DNA from: Acidobacteriota bacterium
GTDB lineage: Bacteria > Acidobacteriota > UBA890 > WLXD01
DNA length: 64,000 nt
Assembly (NCBI GenBank): GCA_965205505.1
Contig: CBDBHB010000006.1
Location: 448,001 to 512,000, forward strand
Direction of reading: 5' to 3'
Shown piece by piece: positions 20,226-29,180 of this stretch. Numbering within the stretch: the first letter of the stretch is position 1; every line of letters begins with the position of its first letter. A model generated the notes under the pieces. It was given only the letters and a program-made list of their open reading frames with translations, had not been told where the DNA came from and ran no database searches. The position numbers were made by a program, and so were the translations under genes.

Positions 20226-20504
20226 CTAGCAGGCCGTGGTGAAAGTGTGGTGGGTCTGGTTACGGCGAGTTGGGGCCAGATGCAAGGCGGCCTGACACTG
20301 GCGATGACCTAGCCATCGTCGAGGAAGGCCAACGTCGCAGATGGCCCCAAATCGCCGTAACCCTTCGGGCGACAGGGGGTTGCGCGCGTATCCTGCGTCG
20401 TTCCTCGTCAACGATGGGGTAACCATCGCCTCCTCCTCTCTCCTTGCCTGCACTTCGCAAGACCCTGTCGCCAGACCCACCACACTTTCACCACGGCCTG
20501 CTAG
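20226..20504. mobile_element. MITE (non-autonomous IS derivative), 279 bp
   Basis: Perfect 34-bp terminal inverted repeats including CTAG (20226-20259 and 20471-20504); two internal hairpins; no transposase. Confidence 0.85.
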
Positions 20505-20519
20505 GCACGTTCCCCACGT

Positions 20520-21281
20520 CTACATCATCTTGATCGGCCCGTCCGCGCGCCCGTTGATGAACTGCTGGATGACCGCGTTGTCGCTGGCCTGGATCTGCTG
20601 CGGAGTGCCGGCTTCCTCGATCTTGCCCTCATGAAGCATCGCGATTCGATCGGCGATCTTGTATGCCGACACCATGTCGTGCGTGATGGTCAGCGAAGTC
20701 GCGTTAAGCCGCGTGTTGAGGTCGACGATCAGATCGTTGATCTGGTCGGCAAGAATAGGGTCGAGGCCGCTCGTGGGCTCATCGTAGAGAATGATCTCTG
20801 GCTCGAGCGCAATGGCCCGAGCCAGCCCCACGCGCTTCTTCATGCCGCCCGAAAGCTCGGCAGGCACCTTGCCCTCGATGCCCTTGAGACCCACCCAGCG
20901 GAGCACCTCACGCACCCGCTCCTGCACGCGCGCCTCGGGCCAGTCGCGTTGTTGGCGTAGCGCGAAAGCAACATTGTCGCCGACGTTCATCGAGTCAAAC
21001 AGTGCGGCGTACTGAAAGAGCATGCCCATGCGTCGGCGGAGCCTGGAGAGAGCATCACGTCCGAGCCCGGGAACCGACGACCCATCGACAACCAAGTCGC
21101 CGTGATCGGGTGCCAGCAAACCGATCACGTGCTTGAGCAGCACGCTCTTGCCGGTACCCGAGCTGCCGATAATCACCAGCGATTCGCCGCGGGCAACGTC
21201 GAGATCGACACCGCGCAATACATGCAGTTCGCCGAAGCTCTTGTGCAGATCGCTGATACGGATGAATGACTGTTCGCTCAC
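20520..21281 (-). CDS. mlaF: MlaF ABC ATPase
   Basis: GSSGTGKS, LSGGMKKRVGLARA and YDEPTSGLDP motifs; GTGA overlap with the mlaE stop. Confidence 0.92.
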   Translation of the reverse strand: MSEQSFIRISDLHKSFGELHVLRGVDLDVARGESLVIIGSSGTGKSVLLKHVIGLLAPDHGDLVVDGSSVPGLGRDALSRLRRRMGMLFQYAALFDSMNVGDNVAFALRQQRDWPEARVQERVREVLRWVGLKGIEGKVPAELSGGMKKRVGLARAIALEPEIILYDEPTSGLDPILADQINDLIVDLNTRLNATSLTITHDMVSAYKIADRIAMLHEGKIEEAGTPQQIQASDNAVIQQFINGRADGPIKMM

Positions 21282-22063
21282 ATGTCCCATAGAACGAGTA
21301 ACGCTTTGGTGAGAAAGAAGTCGGAGACCAAGATGGCCATGCTGCTGGTCACGACGGCGCTGGTGGTGGCCCTGCCGACACCCGCGGCTCCGCCGCTGGC
21401 GCCGAAGCCACGTATACAGGAAAAAATGGCGATCATGACGCCGAAGATCGACGCTTTGATCAGCCCAGAGACGACATCGTCGACGGTAATGAAGGCGAAG
21501 CTGGCCTCCCAGTAGGCAACCGGGCGCGCGTCGTTCATATACACGGAGACCACGTAGCCACCCAAGATGCCCAAGAGGTCGCCGATCACCACGACCACGG
21601 GCAACATCACCGCCCCCGCGATGACGCGCGGCACGACGAGGTACTTCACCGGGTCGGTCGCCATCGCTTCCATCGCGTCGATCTGCTCCGTGACGCGCAT
21701 CGTGCCAATCTCCGCCGCCATCGCGGCGCCGGCCCGGCCGGCGACCATCAATGAGCCCAGCACCGGGATGAGCTCGCGCGTCATCGCCAAGGCAACCGAG
21801 AAAGCGACCAGTGTCGTGGCACCGAACTGCTCGAAGCCTTCCCAGATCTGCAAGGCGAACACGGCACCCGAGAACACGGCGGTAACGATGATGACCGGCA
21901 AGGAACGATTGCCGAGCTCGACCATCTGCTCGAACCAATTCCGCACGTACAGCGGTCGACGAGTCAGGCTGGTAAGCGAGTGCCATAGCAGCAGCGACGC
22001 TTCCCCCGCCGATTCGAGGAACCCGATCGCGAACCGACCGATGCCGGCCACCAATCGGCTCAT
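21278..22063 (-). CDS. mlaE: MlaE ABC permease
   Basis: AEIGTMRVTEQIDA and GAAGVGRATT motifs. Confidence 0.95.
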   Translation of the reverse strand: MSRLVAGIGRFAIGFLESAGEASLLLWHSLTSLTRRPLYVRNWFEQMVELGNRSLPVIIVTAVFSGAVFALQIWEGFEQFGATTLVAFSVALAMTRELIPVLGSLMVAGRAGAAMAAEIGTMRVTEQIDAMEAMATDPVKYLVVPRVIAGAVMLPVVVVIGDLLGILGGYVVSVYMNDARPVAYWEASFAFITVDDVVSGLIKASIFGVMIAIFSCIRGFGASGGAAGVGRATTSAVVTSSMAILVSDFFLTKALLVLWDM

Positions 22064-23415
22064 CGCTGCGTCTCCGCTGCGTCGTTGACGGCGGATGTCG
22101 GGTAGCGTCGCGGCACTCTAGAGCCGATACGGCTGAGAATCTCGTGCGGGATGGTCTCCGCCCATTCCGAAACTTCCTCGACGCTGATGCACGCCTGCCT
22201 GGCGGTTTCCATAGAGACAGGCCGCGCCTTGACGGTGGCCTCGTCGTCGTCCCCATCGGCGGCCGCAACGGCGATCGACAGGGTGTCAGAATAGCCCGCC
22301 GATTCGGCTTCGGCCTCACTCGTGGAGCCCGCCAAAGGTTCGGTACCACCGAACACGACGACTTCGTCGCCGACCCGTGCCGCAGGCACATCGGTAACAT
22401 CGACGAGGGTGATGTCCATGCTGACCCTGCCGATGATCGGAGCCCGACGGCCACCTATCGAAACCCAGCCGCGGTTGCCGAGGGCGCGTGGAAGACCGTC
22501 GTGGTACCCCAGGGGCAATGCGGCTACCCGAGTCGCTTTATAGGTGGTGGCGGTCATCCCGTATCCCACCGTGACCCCCTTCGGAAGGTCGCGGATCGCC
22601 ATGATGCCGGTAACCAGCCGCATCGCCGGACGTAGCCCGGCAATACCCCTTCCCGGGTTGAGTGAGCCTCCGTAGATCGCCAGGCCCGGTCGTACGCCGG
22701 TAAATGTTGGGCCACGCCATGACCCCGCGTGGTGCATCAGACCGGCGCTATTCGCCAGGGTGCGATGCGCCGGCAGTATGTCGTCCTGTTCGAGCACTGC
22801 ACAGACCTGATCGAAGATGTCGACCTGCTGCCGCACGAAGTCCGTTCCTGGATCAGCGTCGGCGAAGCTGTCGCTGCTGGCGAGATTCGAGAAAAGCCCG
22901 TCGAACGACAAGGTCGGCTCGTCGGCCAGCGCCCGCGCCAGGTGGGTGACCTGATCTGGCACGATGCCGAGCCGCCCCATACCGGTGTCGACCTTGAGAT
23001 GGACCGAGGCCGGTCCGATTCCGAGCTCTCGAGCCGTGTCCGCCAGTCGAGCTCCGACGGTGGCATCCTGGATACCGGCGGCGAGGCCATACTCCACGAC
23101 CATTCGAAAGGCATCTTCCGATGCTGAGACGGCGAGCCCGGCCATGACCAGAACAGGCACTTCGATGCCCGCCTGCCGCAACTGGCGACCTTCACAAGCG
23201 GTCGCCACGCACAACCCGGCGACGCGTTCGGCGCAGAGCGCGCTGGCGACAGCCACGGCTCCATGTCCGTACGCGTCGGCCTTGACCACAGGCCAGATGT
23301 CGATGGCGCCGACCTTGTCGCGCAGGCGCCGCAAGTTGTGCACGCAGGCGCCGAGATCGATCTCCGCCACGGTCGGTCGGCAGGAGCTTGGCATCGGCGA
23401 TGAAGCTTCGCGCAT
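22060..23415 (-). CDS. alr: Alanine racemase with a C-terminal acidic insertion
   Basis: VKADAYGHG, KVDTGMGRLG, VRPG and GRVSMD motifs. Confidence 0.93.
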   Translation of the reverse strand: MREASSPMPSSCRPTVAEIDLGACVHNLRRLRDKVGAIDIWPVVKADAYGHGAVAVASALCAERVAGLCVATACEGRQLRQAGIEVPVLVMAGLAVSASEDAFRMVVEYGLAAGIQDATVGARLADTARELGIGPASVHLKVDTGMGRLGIVPDQVTHLARALADEPTLSFDGLFSNLASSDSFADADPGTDFVRQQVDIFDQVCAVLEQDDILPAHRTLANSAGLMHHAGSWRGPTFTGVRPGLAIYGGSLNPGRGIAGLRPAMRLVTGIMAIRDLPKGVTVGYGMTATTYKATRVAALPLGYHDGLPRALGNRGWVSIGGRRAPIIGRVSMDITLVDVTDVPAARVGDEVVVFGGTEPLAGSTSEAEAESAGYSDTLSIAVAAADGDDDEATVKARPVSMETARQACISVEEVSEWAETIPHEILSRIGSRVPRRYPTSAVNDAAETQR

Positions 23416-23451
23416 GCGCCTATGTTAGCTGCGCGCTCAACGCCGCACCGA

Positions 23452-24801
23452 TCAGAAGGCTCCCTCGACGTCGGCGCGATCCTTGAAGAGCGTGTAGGGC
23501 TTCAGGAAGGCGAGCGGAACGCTGCCGGTCGGGCCGTTTCGCTGCTTGGCGATGATGAGCTCGGCGAGACCCTCGAGCTCCGGGTCCTCCTGGTTGTACA
23601 CCTCGGGGCGGAAGATGAACGCAACGACGTCGGCGTCTTGCTCCAGGTTGCCGGATTCGCGCAGGTCCGACAGCTGCGGGCGATGACCCGACCGCGTCTC
23701 GGTGGCACGCGAGAGCTGAGAGAGCGCCAGTACTGGCACCTGCAGCTCCTTGGCGAGCGCTTTGAGCGAGCGTGATATCTCTCCCAGCTCGAGGTTGCGG
23801 TTGTCGGTACGGGTGCTGCCGCGAACCAGCTGCAAGTAGTCGACGATCAACAAATCGAGGCCGTGCTCGGCCTTCAGCCGGCGCGCCTTGGCACGCATCT
23901 CGAGCGCCGTTAGCGAGGCCGAGTCATCGATGAAGATCTTGGTCTCGGACAGCTTGTGCAGACCGTCGAGCAGGCGGTCCTTGTCGCCGCTCGACAGAAA
24001 CCCAGTGGCGAGCTTGTGAGCATTCACCTGGGCGACGGCGGTGACCAGCCGGCGGATCACCTGCTGGACAGACATCTCGAGCGAGAACACCCCGACGGTG
24101 CCGCCCACCTCGAGCGCCACGTGTTGGGCGACGTTGAGCGCCAAGGACGTCTTACCCATCGACGGGCGCGCCGCCAGGATCACCAGGTCGCCCGGTTGCA
24201 AACCGGCGGTCAAGGCGTCGAGTCGCTTGAAACCAGTGGGCACGCCGGTGACATAGTCACCGCGCTCCATTAGCTCCTCGATCTCCTTCATGGCGTCGAA
24301 GGCGACGTCGCGGACGGAGAGGAACCCGCGCCGAATGTTGCTCTCGCTGATCGCGAAGATCGAGTGCTCGGCGCGATCGAGCAAATCGTCGGTCGCGATG
24401 GCGCCCTCCAGCGCCATGCGGATGATGGAGTTGGACGCCCCGATGAGATTCCGCAGCGCTGCCTTGTCCTTGATAATGCGCGCATACTGATCGACGTTCG
24501 CCGCTGCTGGCAAGCCGTCGATCAAGCTGGAGATATATGCCGCTCCGCCGGAGCGCTCCAGCGCGTCACGCCGTGCTAGTTCCTCGCGCAGGGTCACCGT
24601 ATCGATGGCTTCGGAACGCTCCGACAGCCAGGCCATGGCCTCGTAGATCAGCCGGTTGGCATCACCGAAGAAATCTTCGGGAGAGAGGATCTGGGCCGCG
24701 GCGTTGAACGCCTGATTGTCCAGCAGCACGGCACCAAGGATGGAGCGCTCTACCTCTACGTTGTGCGGTAACGCGCGCTCAGTGGTGAGCTCCTGCTGCA
24801 A
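23452..24801 (-). CDS. dnaB: Replicative DNA helicase
   Basis: AARPSMGKT, VDYLQL, LRESGNLEQDAD and KQRNGPTG motifs. Confidence 0.97.
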   Translation of the reverse strand: MQQELTTERALPHNVEVERSILGAVLLDNQAFNAAAQILSPEDFFGDANRLIYEAMAWLSERSEAIDTVTLREELARRDALERSGGAAYISSLIDGLPAAANVDQYARIIKDKAALRNLIGASNSIIRMALEGAIATDDLLDRAEHSIFAISESNIRRGFLSVRDVAFDAMKEIEELMERGDYVTGVPTGFKRLDALTAGLQPGDLVILAARPSMGKTSLALNVAQHVALEVGGTVGVFSLEMSVQQVIRRLVTAVAQVNAHKLATGFLSSGDKDRLLDGLHKLSETKIFIDDSASLTALEMRAKARRLKAEHGLDLLIVDYLQLVRGSTRTDNRNLELGEISRSLKALAKELQVPVLALSQLSRATETRSGHRPQLSDLRESGNLEQDADVVAFIFRPEVYNQEDPELEGLAELIIAKQRNGPTGSVPLAFLKPYTLFKDRADVEGAF

Positions 24802-24875
24802 GATCGGCCTCCGACGCTACGCGACAGCAAATGCGAATTCTATGTTACGCCGCTCGCTAGTGTCCTTACGGGACG

Positions 24876-25025
24876 CTAAAAAAGCGCATAGATGAAGGGC
24901 GCGACGGCGGAGCCCTCCGAGAGCACGATCAACAAGCCGAGCAACACGAGGAACACCACGATCGGCGTCACCCACCACTTCTTGCGGGATCTCAGAAAAC
25001 CCCAGATGAGACTTAGCCTCGACAT
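24876..25025 (-). CDS. DUF5989 (SxtK-like) small membrane protein
   Basis: RKKWW..P and C-terminal APFIYALF signature. Confidence 0.88.
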   Translation of the reverse strand: MSRLSLIWGFLRSRKKWWVTPIVVFLVLLGLLIVLSEGSAVAPFIYALF

Positions 25026-25104
25026 CCCTGTACCTCCTGCTCCAGCGTCCTGCGATTCGTCACGGAGAATACAGCATCGCCACCGTGGCTTTCGCGGCCA
25101 AGCC

Positions 25105-25503
25105 TCAATAGGGCTTATCGGAGCGTGCCGCGGGCCCGTCCGGCTCCACCGGAACCCAGTAGCTCTCAGCATCGGGATCTCGTCGCATGTCCAGGAGGTC
25201 CTTTCCTGACAGCCGCAGCAAGAAGCCCATCGGGGTCATCACAACGAAGAACATCAGCGTCAAGATCAGCGTCGTCATGACAACCTGCAGAAGGCGCGCC
25301 AACGCCATCCAGACACGCTCGATCGGTGCCAGAACCGGCGGCAGGATCAGCGCGGCAACGAGGAACGCCGCGCTCACGTAGAGCAGATACGGGCCCGCCG
25401 GCCGCTCTCTCCACAACAGCAACGACGCCAGCAGCGCAAACGCCACCGCCATCACGATTCCGAACTTACGCAGCCGCTGCGCGTCAGTTTGCTGCTTCTT
25501 CAT
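25105..25503 (-). CDS. SxtJ-family membrane protein
   Basis: LRKFG, WMALA, TPMG and SYW motifs. Confidence 0.85.
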   Translation of the reverse strand: MKKQQTDAQRLRKFGIVMAVAFALLASLLLWRERPAGPYLLYVSAAFLVAALILPPVLAPIERVWMALARLLQVVMTTLILTLMFFVVMTPMGFLLRLSGKDLLDMRRDPDAESYWVPVEPDGPAARSDKPY

Positions 25504-25515
25504 GGCCTCGATTTG

Positions 25516-27336
25516 CTAATCCAGATCGTAAATGTCGCGCCAGTCCACATCGTCACCGAGCGGCGGCTGGTCGGACTTCATCAGGATGCAATCTTGCAGG
25601 ACGAGCACGTCCATTTCCGTTCGCATGAAGCAGAGATAGGCATCCTCGGGGGTGCATACGATCGGCTCGCCGCGAACGTTGAACGACGTGTTGACTATGA
25701 TGCCGTAGCCGGTGCGCTCCTTGAACGCTTCGATCAGCCGGCGATACTGCGGATGATCACGCGCATCGACCGTCTGCACACGGGCAGAGTAGTCGACGTG
25801 TGTCACCGCTGGGATGTCGGAACGCGGTACGTTCAACTTGCTGATACCGAATAATCGTGCCTGCTCCTCGGTCATCGCGACCCGACGCTCCTCTCGCACC
25901 GGGGCAACCAGCAACATGTAGGGCGATGGCCGATCGAGGTCGAAGTACTCCGAAACGTCTTCGACCAGGCAGCTGGGTGCGAACGGGCGGAACGACTCGC
26001 GGTACTTGATCTTGAGGTTGAGCTTGCGCTGCATTTCCCGATCGCGGGAGTCGCCGATGATGCTTCGCGCGCCCAGCGCGCGCGGCCCGAACTCCATGCG
26101 TCCGCTGAACCAGCCGACCACGTTTCCCTTAGACAGCGAGTCAGCGGTGACATCGGGGATGGTCGTCTCGGTGTGACGCTCGTAGGGGTAGCGCTGCTCG
26201 AGAAGCCACTGTTCGATCTCGTCACCGCTCCACGACGGCCCCAGGTAGGACCCGCTCTGCAGATCGCGTCCATCGGCAGCGGTGTAGCGCGGCACGGCGT
26301 GAACCTGGTGGGCTACGAAGAGCGCCGCGCCCAAGGCGCCGCCGGCGTCGCCTGCCGCGGGCTGGATCCAGACATCGTCGAAGATGCCGGCTCGCAGGAT
26401 CTTACCGTTGGCGACGCAGTTCAAAGCCACGCCGCCGGCCATGACCAGATTACGCTCACCAGTCTGTGTGCGGACGTGCCTGGCCATCCGCAGCATCACC
26501 TCCTCACAAACCTCCTGGACCGACCGCGCCAGGTCCATCTCGCGCTGAGTGAGCTCACTCTCTGGCTGCCGCGGAGGCGCGCCGAACAGCTCGTGGAACG
26601 CCTCCGAGGTCATGGTCAGACCCTGGCAGTAGTTGAAGTACTTCATGTCGAGCCGAAAGGAACCGTCTGCACGCAGATCCATCAGCTCGTCGAGGATCAA
26701 GTCTACGTACTTGGGCTCGCCGTACGGTGCGAGGCCCATGACCTTGTACTCACCGGAGTTCACTCGGAAGCCGGTGTAGTAGGTGAACGCGGTGTACAGC
26801 AGGCCCAGGCTGTGCGGGAACCTGAGCTCGGCGGCAAGCTCGATGCTGTTGTCTACCCCAGCGCCCCAGGAGGCGGTCGCCCACTCGCCTACCCCGTCGA
26901 TCGTGAGGATCGCAGCCGACTCGAAAGGCGAGGGGAAGAACGCCGAGGCGGCGTGTGACTGGTGATGCTCCGGGTAGAGCATATCGCCCTCGAAACCCGT
27001 CTCCCGGGCGATCAGCTCTCCCATCCAGAGCTTCTGCTTGAGCCAGAGCGGCATGGCCTTCAGAAACGAGTTGAGGCCCTGCGGGGCGAATGCTAGGTAG
27101 GTCTCCAGGAGACGCTCGAACTTGGCCCACGGCTTGTCATAGAAGGCGACCGCGTCGAGATCCGACGCCTCGATATCGCCGGTTCTCAGACAGTACTCGA
27201 CAGCGTGGGCGGGAAAACGGAAGTCGTGCTTCTTGCGCGTGAAGCGTTCCTCTTGGGCCGCCGCCACGATGGTGTCGTCGCGCACCAAGCACGCCGCGGA
27301 GTCGTGGTAGAAAGCCGAGATCCCGAGGATGTTCAT
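25516..27336 (-). CDS. O-carbamoyltransferase (NodU/CmcH/SxtI family)
   Basis: YHDSAA, EERF, HHQSHAASAF, GEYKVMGLAPYG and NTSFNVRGEP motifs. Confidence 0.95.
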   Translation of the reverse strand: MNILGISAFYHDSAACLVRDDTIVAAAQEERFTRKKHDFRFPAHAVEYCLRTGDIEASDLDAVAFYDKPWAKFERLLETYLAFAPQGLNSFLKAMPLWLKQKLWMGELIARETGFEGDMLYPEHHQSHAASAFFPSPFESAAILTIDGVGEWATASWGAGVDNSIELAAELRFPHSLGLLYTAFTYYTGFRVNSGEYKVMGLAPYGEPKYVDLILDELMDLRADGSFRLDMKYFNYCQGLTMTSEAFHELFGAPPRQPESELTQREMDLARSVQEVCEEVMLRMARHVRTQTGERNLVMAGGVALNCVANGKILRAGIFDDVWIQPAAGDAGGALGAALFVAHQVHAVPRYTAADGRDLQSGSYLGPSWSGDEIEQWLLEQRYPYERHTETTIPDVTADSLSKGNVVGWFSGRMEFGPRALGARSIIGDSRDREMQRKLNLKIKYRESFRPFAPSCLVEDVSEYFDLDRPSPYMLLVAPVREERRVAMTEEQARLFGISKLNVPRSDIPAVTHVDYSARVQTVDARDHPQYRRLIEAFKERTGYGIIVNTSFNVRGEPIVCTPEDAYLCFMRTEMDVLVLQDCILMKSDQPPLGDDVDWRDIYDLD

Positions 27337-27412
27337 CGCGGCACCGTCCACCCTGCGATCAGCGGCCGGTGCAACCGAACCACGGCCTGCTAGGAGCACT
27401 TCGCTTCGCCGC

Positions 27413-27985
27413 TCAGGCGTCCTCGTTTTCGGAGGGAGCTTCGTCGTCGGTCACGTTGTCCTCGTCGTCGTCGGAATCGACTGGCTCGACTACCTCGTCG
27501 GCTGCGTCGCCCGGAGCGGACTCCACGGCCGCGCCATCCTCACTGGAGACGATCACACGCACCGCCGCCGCGACGCCGTGCGCCAGCGACAGCGGCACAT
27601 CGTACTCGCCGAGATGCTTGATCGGCTGCTCGAGATGGATCTCGCCTCTTTGGATCGTGAAGCCCCGCTCCCCCAGATCGTCGCCGATATCGGCGACGCT
27701 CACCGACCCGTAGAGCGTTCCCGCACCAACGTCGGCCACCTTGCGCCTGAAGCTCAGCGACACGTCGGCCAGCGACTTGGCGATGATCTCGGCCTGGGCA
27801 CGCTTCTCGGCAGCCTCGGCGCGAAGTCGCGTGAGCTCATGGTCGATCGAGCGAAGGTTGGCCTCGGTAGCGCGAATGGCCAGTTGCTGCGGTAGAAGGT
27901 AGTTGCGTGCGTAGCCTTTCTTGACTTCTACGAGGTCACCTGGCTCGCCCAGGTGGGTGACGCTCGCTCTCAAAATCAGCTTCAT
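27413..27985 (-). CDS. rplI: 50S ribosomal protein L9
   Basis: VKKGYARNYLLP and LYGSV motifs; acidic tail. Confidence 0.97.
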   Translation of the reverse strand: MKLILRASVTHLGEPGDLVEVKKGYARNYLLPQQLAIRATEANLRSIDHELTRLRAEAAEKRAQAEIIAKSLADVSLSFRRKVADVGAGTLYGSVSVADIGDDLGERGFTIQRGEIHLEQPIKHLGEYDVPLSLAHGVAAAVRVIVSSEDGAAVESAPGDAADEVVEPVDSDDDEDNVTDDEAPSENEDA

Positions 27986-28043
27986 GGTCGTGTCCTCGAT
28001 GAGTCCGACACCCGGCAGTCATGTGGCACGGGTGTCGGCCGCC

Positions 28044-28268
28044 TCACTCAGAGACGTACGGCAACAGTGCCATATAGCGCGCGCGCTTCACGGCGCCGCT
28101 CAGCATGCGCTGATGGCGGGCAGAGTTGCCGTTCGTTCGACGCGGAATGATCTTGCCGCGGGGGTCGATGTACTGCCTCAGCAGCTCGACGTCTTTGTAG
28201 TCGACGTATTGAGCGTTCGACTTGGTGAGCTTGCTGACCTTCTTGCGGCGGGGACGAAAGGAGCGCAT
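28044..28268 (-). CDS. rpsR: 30S ribosomal protein S18 (Cys-free type)
   Basis: VDYKD..GKIIPRR..AVKRARYMALLPY. Confidence 0.97.
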   Translation of the reverse strand: MRSFRPRRKKVSKLTKSNAQYVDYKDVELLRQYIDPRGKIIPRRTNGNSARHQRMLSGAVKRARYMALLPYVSE

Positions 28269-28271
28269 CGC

Positions 28272-29102
28272 TCAGTCCTCCTTCCGAGGTTCGCCTTCGG
28301 CGACGCCATCGGAGCTGTCATCAGCCGGCGGCGTTTCGCCTGCCGGCTCGTCGTCGGAATCATCGTCGGCCGAGTCGTCGTCAACCACCACTGCCTCGTC
28401 AGCGGAAGCCGTGTCATCGCCGCCGAGTGCAACAGTCTCGTCAGTCGGAGCCGTGTCATTGTCGTCGATTGCGACAGTCTCGTCAGCCGAAGCCGTGTCG
28501 TCGTCGATTGCGACAGTCTCGTCAGCCGAGGCCGTGTCGTCGTCGATCGCGACAGTCTCGTCAGCCGAAGCCGTGTCGTCGTCGATCGCGACAGTCTCGT
28601 CAGCCGAAGCCGCGTCGTCATCGATTGCGACGGTCTCGTCAGCCGAAGCCGTGTCATCAGTCTCCGCCAACTCATCGCGCTCCGACACCGACGTTTCCGC
28701 CTCGGCGCGCTTCGCTGCGGCGCGCTGATCGGCTGCTTCCATCTGCGCCTTGGCCAACTCTTCATCTACCGGGCCCCGCTCAGCGAGCGCCTGCCGCGCA
28801 GCTGTCTCTTGCACATCGCTCAGACGGACCGCCATCTCCCGAAGGATCGATTCGCGGATCTTGGTGTAGGCGCGGAACTCGCCCGGCAGCGTCGCGGGTC
28901 CCGTCGCGTAGATCAGCAGGTAGACGCCTTCGGTGTGCTTGCCGATGGGGTACGCAAGCTTGCGGCGGCCCCACCTGTTGACGTCGATGACCTCGCCACC
29001 GGACGCGGCGAGCTGCTGTCGTAGCCCGCCGATGACCGCGTCGATTCCCTCGTCAGTTTCATCGGGAGACGCGATCACCAGGATCTCGTACAGGTTATTC
29101 AT
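28272..29102 (-). CDS. rpsF: 30S ribosomal protein S6 with a long acidic repeat tail
   Basis: YEILVI and WGRRKLAYPI motifs; position upstream of rpsR. Confidence 0.95.
   Translation of the reverse strand: MNNLYEILVIASPDETDEGIDAVIGGLRQQLAASGGEVIDVNRWGRRKLAYPIGKHTEGVYLLIYATGPATLPGEFRAYTKIRESILREMAVRLSDVQETAARQALAERGPVDEELAKAQMEAADQRAAAKRAEAETSVSERDELAETDDTASADETVAIDDDAASADETVAIDDDTASADETVAIDDDTASADETVAIDDDTASADETVAIDDNDTAPTDETVALGGDDTASADEAVVVDDDSADDDSDDEPAGETPPADDSSDGVAEGEPRKED
28380..28660 (-). repeat. Coding tandem repeat of a 39-bp unit (DDDTASADETVAI), about 7 copies
   Basis: Recurring gcgacagtctcgtcagccgaagccgtgtcgtcgtcgat; outer copies are degenerate. Confidence 0.92.
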
Positions 29103-29105
29103 GTT

Positions 29106-29142
29106 CTCCTCTCGGACAAATGGCCCCCGGAGGGGCGAGGAG
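29106..29142 (-). promoter_or_regulatory. S6:S18-binding ribosomal leader RNA
   Basis: CTCCTCGCCC-ctccgg-GGGCC-attt-GTCCGAGAGGAG: anti-SD pairs with the SD, with an internal CCG; closely resembles the Bacillus rpsF leader as recalled. Confidence 0.75.
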
Positions 29143-29180
29143 CGCACGCTCGGAGTGCCCGTTGTGCAGGGGAACTCCTC

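Noticed and set aside
24876-27336. Saxitoxin biosynthesis cluster
   Set aside because: Only the widespread sxtI/J/K-like trio is present; there is no sxtA, sxtG or other core gene.
28380-28660. CRISPR array
   Set aside because: Units are contiguous, in-frame 39-bp coding repeats with no unique spacers, and there are no cas genes.
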